DNA of 26,072 bases from a virus. Taxonomy: Duplodnaviria; Caudoviricetes. Numbering within the stretch: position 1 is the stretch's first letter; every line of letters begins with the position of its first letter. Shown in pieces: positions 24,898-26,072 of this stretch. The stretch is taken from IMG/VR virus record IMGVR_UViG_3300031519_003798, positions 1-26,072 of that record. One strand, 5' to 3'. The translations under genes were made by a program, and so were the position numbers. Below the pieces are notes generated by a model. The model was not told the DNA's origin. It ran no database searches and saw only the letters and a program-made list of their open reading frames with translations.

Positions 24898-25638
24898 ATG
24901 AGCAAAAAAGATAAACTAATAGGGCAGAAATTTAACCATGGCGTAGTAGTCGAGTCGTTAGGGCCTGACAGTAAGCGAAAACGGAACGGTTTGCTATGGA
25001 AATTGGAATGCCTCTGCGGCAATACATACGAGGCAACCACAACGGATCTTACCTGCGATAGAAAGAAAAGTTGCGGGTGTCATAGAAAAAACGCTAGATC
25101 GAAACGTTTACAAGAGACTATTGGTCGTAGATATGGTAAGTTGGTAATTGTGGATATTACCGAAGATAGAAACTCTAGCGGAACCTTATATAGAAAATGT
25201 AGGTGCGACTGCGGCAACTATAAGCATGTGACACAGGGAAATTTGACATCTGGAAATGTCGCGTCGTGTGGTTGCAATAAGAATCTACGTGGCAAACACC
25301 ATAAATTATATCGTGGTTATGAGGATATTTCTCTTAGATATTGGTCTAGAGTTAAAAGAAATGCAATAAACAGAGATATAGACTTCTCTATCACTCCAGA
25401 GTACGCTTGGGGAGTATGGGAGAAACAAAACAAGCTATGCGTCCTATCTGGTCAGCCATTGCGTTTTAGTAGAAGCAAGTCGTCAAATTTTACAGCATCT
25501 TTAGATAGAATAGATAACTCTAAAGGATATGTAGAAGGCAATGTCCAGTGGATACATAAAGACATAAATAAATGTAAGACAGATTTTAATCAAGACTATT
25601 TCCTTTCGCTATGTAGGATGATAGCTAATAACCGATAA
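24898..25638 (+). CDS. Free-standing HNH homing endonuclease with two C-x-C-G...SCGC repeats
   Basis: Two repeats (ECLCGN...SCGC and CRCDCGN...SCGC), then CVLSG...SLDRIDNSKGYVEGNVQWIHKDINKCK. Visibly more AT-rich than its flanks. Confidence 0.88.
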   Translation: MSKKDKLIGQKFNHGVVVESLGPDSKRKRNGLLWKLECLCGNTYEATTTDLTCDRKKSCGCHRKNARSKRLQETIGRRYGKLVIVDITEDRNSSGTLYRKCRCDCGNYKHVTQGNLTSGNVASCGCNKNLRGKHHKLYRGYEDISLRYWSRVKRNAINRDIDFSITPEYAWGVWEKQNKLCVLSGQPLRFSRSKSSNFTASLDRIDNSKGYVEGNVQWIHKDINKCKTDFNQDYFLSLCRMIANNR

Positions 25639-25654
25639 GAGGATAGAAAATAGT

Positions 25655-25870
25655 ATGTATAGAATAGAATACAAGCTCAAAGACTACGCCCTAGCGGCGA
25701 GGAAAGAAAAGTACCCTGATTTCTATCAGACAAATGGGTGGAAAATATACGAGAAGTTTAATGACAAAAAGAAGAGAAACGCTATATTTGAAAAATTAAG
25801 CGAAGAGGGAGAGTTTCTTTTTCGTAAATTTGACCCAAAACCAGAAAGTAAGGTGAAAAAAGATGTATAG
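25655..25870 (+). CDS. Hypothetical basic protein
   Basis: RBS GAGGA, 71 aa, overlaps the next start. Confidence 0.65.
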   Translation: MYRIEYKLKDYALAARKEKYPDFYQTNGWKIYEKFNDKKKRNAIFEKLSEEGEFLFRKFDPKPESKVKKDV

Positions 25871-26072
25871 TAGAAGAGATTTTATAAAGTATGGGGCAGG
25901 GGCACTTGGTGGTGCATGTCTCTCCCTTGGGAATGTCACTGCAAGCTACGGGGAAGAGATCAATAAAGATGACCCCGCTGTCCTATTTGTATTTTTGGGA
26001 GGTGGAGCCACACACATTGAAACCTTCAATCCTATCCCAAATGCTCCTGCTGAGAGACGTTCTACCACTGGG
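25863..26072 (+). CDS. DUF1501 family protein with Tat signal peptide (5' part, runs off the window)
   Basis: MYSRRDFIKYGAGALGG (twin-arginine motif), then AVLFVFLGGGATHIETFNPIPNAPAERRSTTG, matching the DUF1501 N-terminal GG-x-S/T-H-x-D/E-T-F-x-P-x-P motif. RBS AAGG. Confidence 0.85.
   Translation, partial: MYSRRDFIKYGAGALGGACLSLGNVTASYGEEINKDDPAVLFVFLGGGATHIETFNPIPNAPAERRSTTG

Noticed and set aside
290-25040. Numerous minus-strand and alternative-frame ORFs (e.g. 5726-6178, 3839-4300, 10133-10543, 2268-2516)
   Set aside because: They are shadows of well-supported + strand genes or span terminators, and they show no recognisable motifs.

Overview
A densely packed window with all credible genes on the + strand. 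It reads as the replication/nucleotide-metabolism arm of a large lytic dsDNA phage: ssb, a phage-type sigma factor, class Ia nrdAB, phoH, recA/uvsX, dnaB, dnaG, dNMP kinase, a Cas4/AddB-like exonuclease and an HNH homing endonuclease. The phage call is an inference from gene content, since no terminase or capsid gene lies in the window. A Tat-exported DUF1501 gene at the right edge points to a Planctomycetota-type host. Main observations: (1) a complete circularly permuted two-piece tmRNA gene (~1025-1355, tag GVRNFALVA) that is absent from the ORF track; (2) an 8-gene cassette (6454-10227) in a lysis-like arrangement, with a PAS membrane protein, a holin-like protein, a papain-type cysteine protease, an exported Cys-rich thioredoxin and membrane proteins, but no recognisable peptidoglycan hydrolase, suggesting a protease/disulfide-reductase lysis system; (3) an HNH endonuclease fossil that displaced the start of a glycosyltransferase gene; (4) a tRNA-Leu(UAG) with a short variable loop. 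All family assignments come from motif recognition by eye, not database searches.
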